Source: an uncultured virus (IMG/VR IMGVR_UViG_3300032050_000029)
Taxonomy: Duplodnaviria > Heunggongvirae > Uroviricota > Caudoviricetes
DNA length: 59,978 bases
Virus record (IMG/VR): IMGVR_UViG_3300032050_000029
Location: 62,001 to 121,978 of that record
Strand: one strand, 5' to 3'
The notes under the pieces are model-generated. The model saw nothing but the letters and a program-made list of their open reading frames with translations. It was not told the DNA's origin and searched no databases. Both the position numbers and the translations under genes were made by a program. Position 1 is the stretch's first letter, and every line of letters starts with the position of its first letter. Below are positions 59,177-59,978 of this stretch, in pieces.

Positions 59177-59978
59177 ATTTTAACTTTTTCAATTTGAAGA
59201 TCCTCCATAAATGTATAGGGATCTATGTTACCTTTCTTTACCTCTTCTTCTAGATATGTAATGGTTTCTTTAATTGTATCTTCCATACTCTTTTTAGGTT
59301 CCCATCCCATAGATTTTGCTTTAGATATATCAGCACGAATATTAAGAGCCTCACCGGCAATAGCACCATATTGGTCATAATTAACAGTTTCAATTCCCAT
59401 AACCTTACCGATGATATCTTTAAGATCCGCTAAGGTTGTCATTTTACCAGTACCTAGATTAAATGTTTGATTAGCAGTTTCTTCATTTTCCATGCATAAC
59501 ATATGAAAGGCATTTACGTCATCTACGTCGATGTAGTCTCTTGCCTTCATAGGATCGCCAAAGATAATAGGATTCTTACCACCCATTAGACGAATAATAA
59601 AACCTGCAAAAACCGGAGGTACCGTTCTATTATAATCCTGAAGAGGGCCTGCTACATTAAAGTAACGAAGAGCAGTATAATTAACACCCTTTGTACGTGA
59701 ATATGATTCTGCTAATAGTGCAAGACATGCTTTAGTTGTAGAATAAATTGTAGTAGGATCAGATTGACCTTCGTGAAACCCAGTAGGGGCCATTAATTCA
59801 TTTTCATAAACCGCTGAAGTTTCACTAAAGATGATTCTTTTAACTCCGCTCTCCGCTGCTGCATCTAGGATATTAATACTACCTAGAATGTTATTATCAA
59901 CAGCTTCATAAGGATTAGCATGGCAATCATAAATTGAAACAAGACCTGCAAAGTGATAAATGTATTCAGGCTTAAATT
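59173..59978 (-). CDS. NAD-dependent sugar epimerase/dehydratase (5' end beyond the window)
   Basis: Frame open to the edge: IYHFAG..SETSAVY..YSTTK..LRYFNVAGP. Confidence 0.88.
   Translation of the reverse strand, partial: FKPEYIYHFAGLVSIYDCHANPYEAVDNNILGSINILDAAAESGVKRIIFSETSAVYENELMAPTGFHEGQSDPTTIYSTTKACLALLAESYSRTKGVNYTALRYFNVAGPLQDYNRTVPPVFAGFIIRLMGGKNPIIFGDPMKARDYIDVDDVNAFHMLCMENEETANQTFNLGTGKMTTLADLKDIIGKVMGIETVNYDQYGAIAGEALNIRADISKAKSMGWEPKKSMEDTIKETITYLEEEVKKGNIDPYTFMEDLQIEKVKI

Overview
This AT-rich window is part of a large T4-like (myovirus) phage genome, coded almost entirely on the minus strand. The host is most likely Bacteroidota, inferred from TAnnTTTG-type promoters, the GE-start tmRNA tag and A-rich start regions without Shine-Dalgarno motifs. 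It carries an ECF-like sigma factor, nucleotide metabolism genes, a two-subunit topoisomerase II, an array of 22 tRNAs covering all 20 amino acids plus tmRNA, tail and head morphogenesis genes, replication/recombination genes (including a split family-B polymerase) and a glycosylation/modification cluster. The best candidate for a new system is an unannotated 31-codon leader ORF (11685-11780). It contains all 20 amino acids, 19 of them in the first 22 codons, and its 3' end can pair with an intrinsic terminator directly upstream of the tRNA array. This looks like a ribosome-stalling attenuator that senses shortage of almost any tRNA and turns on the phage tRNA operon. Other notable items: boxA sites before the RNA operons, armless tRNA-like and other structured RNAs between the tRNAs, a three-class promoter cascade, and an A9 frameshift joining two glycosyltransferases. 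All calls come from reading motifs by eye; no searches were run.
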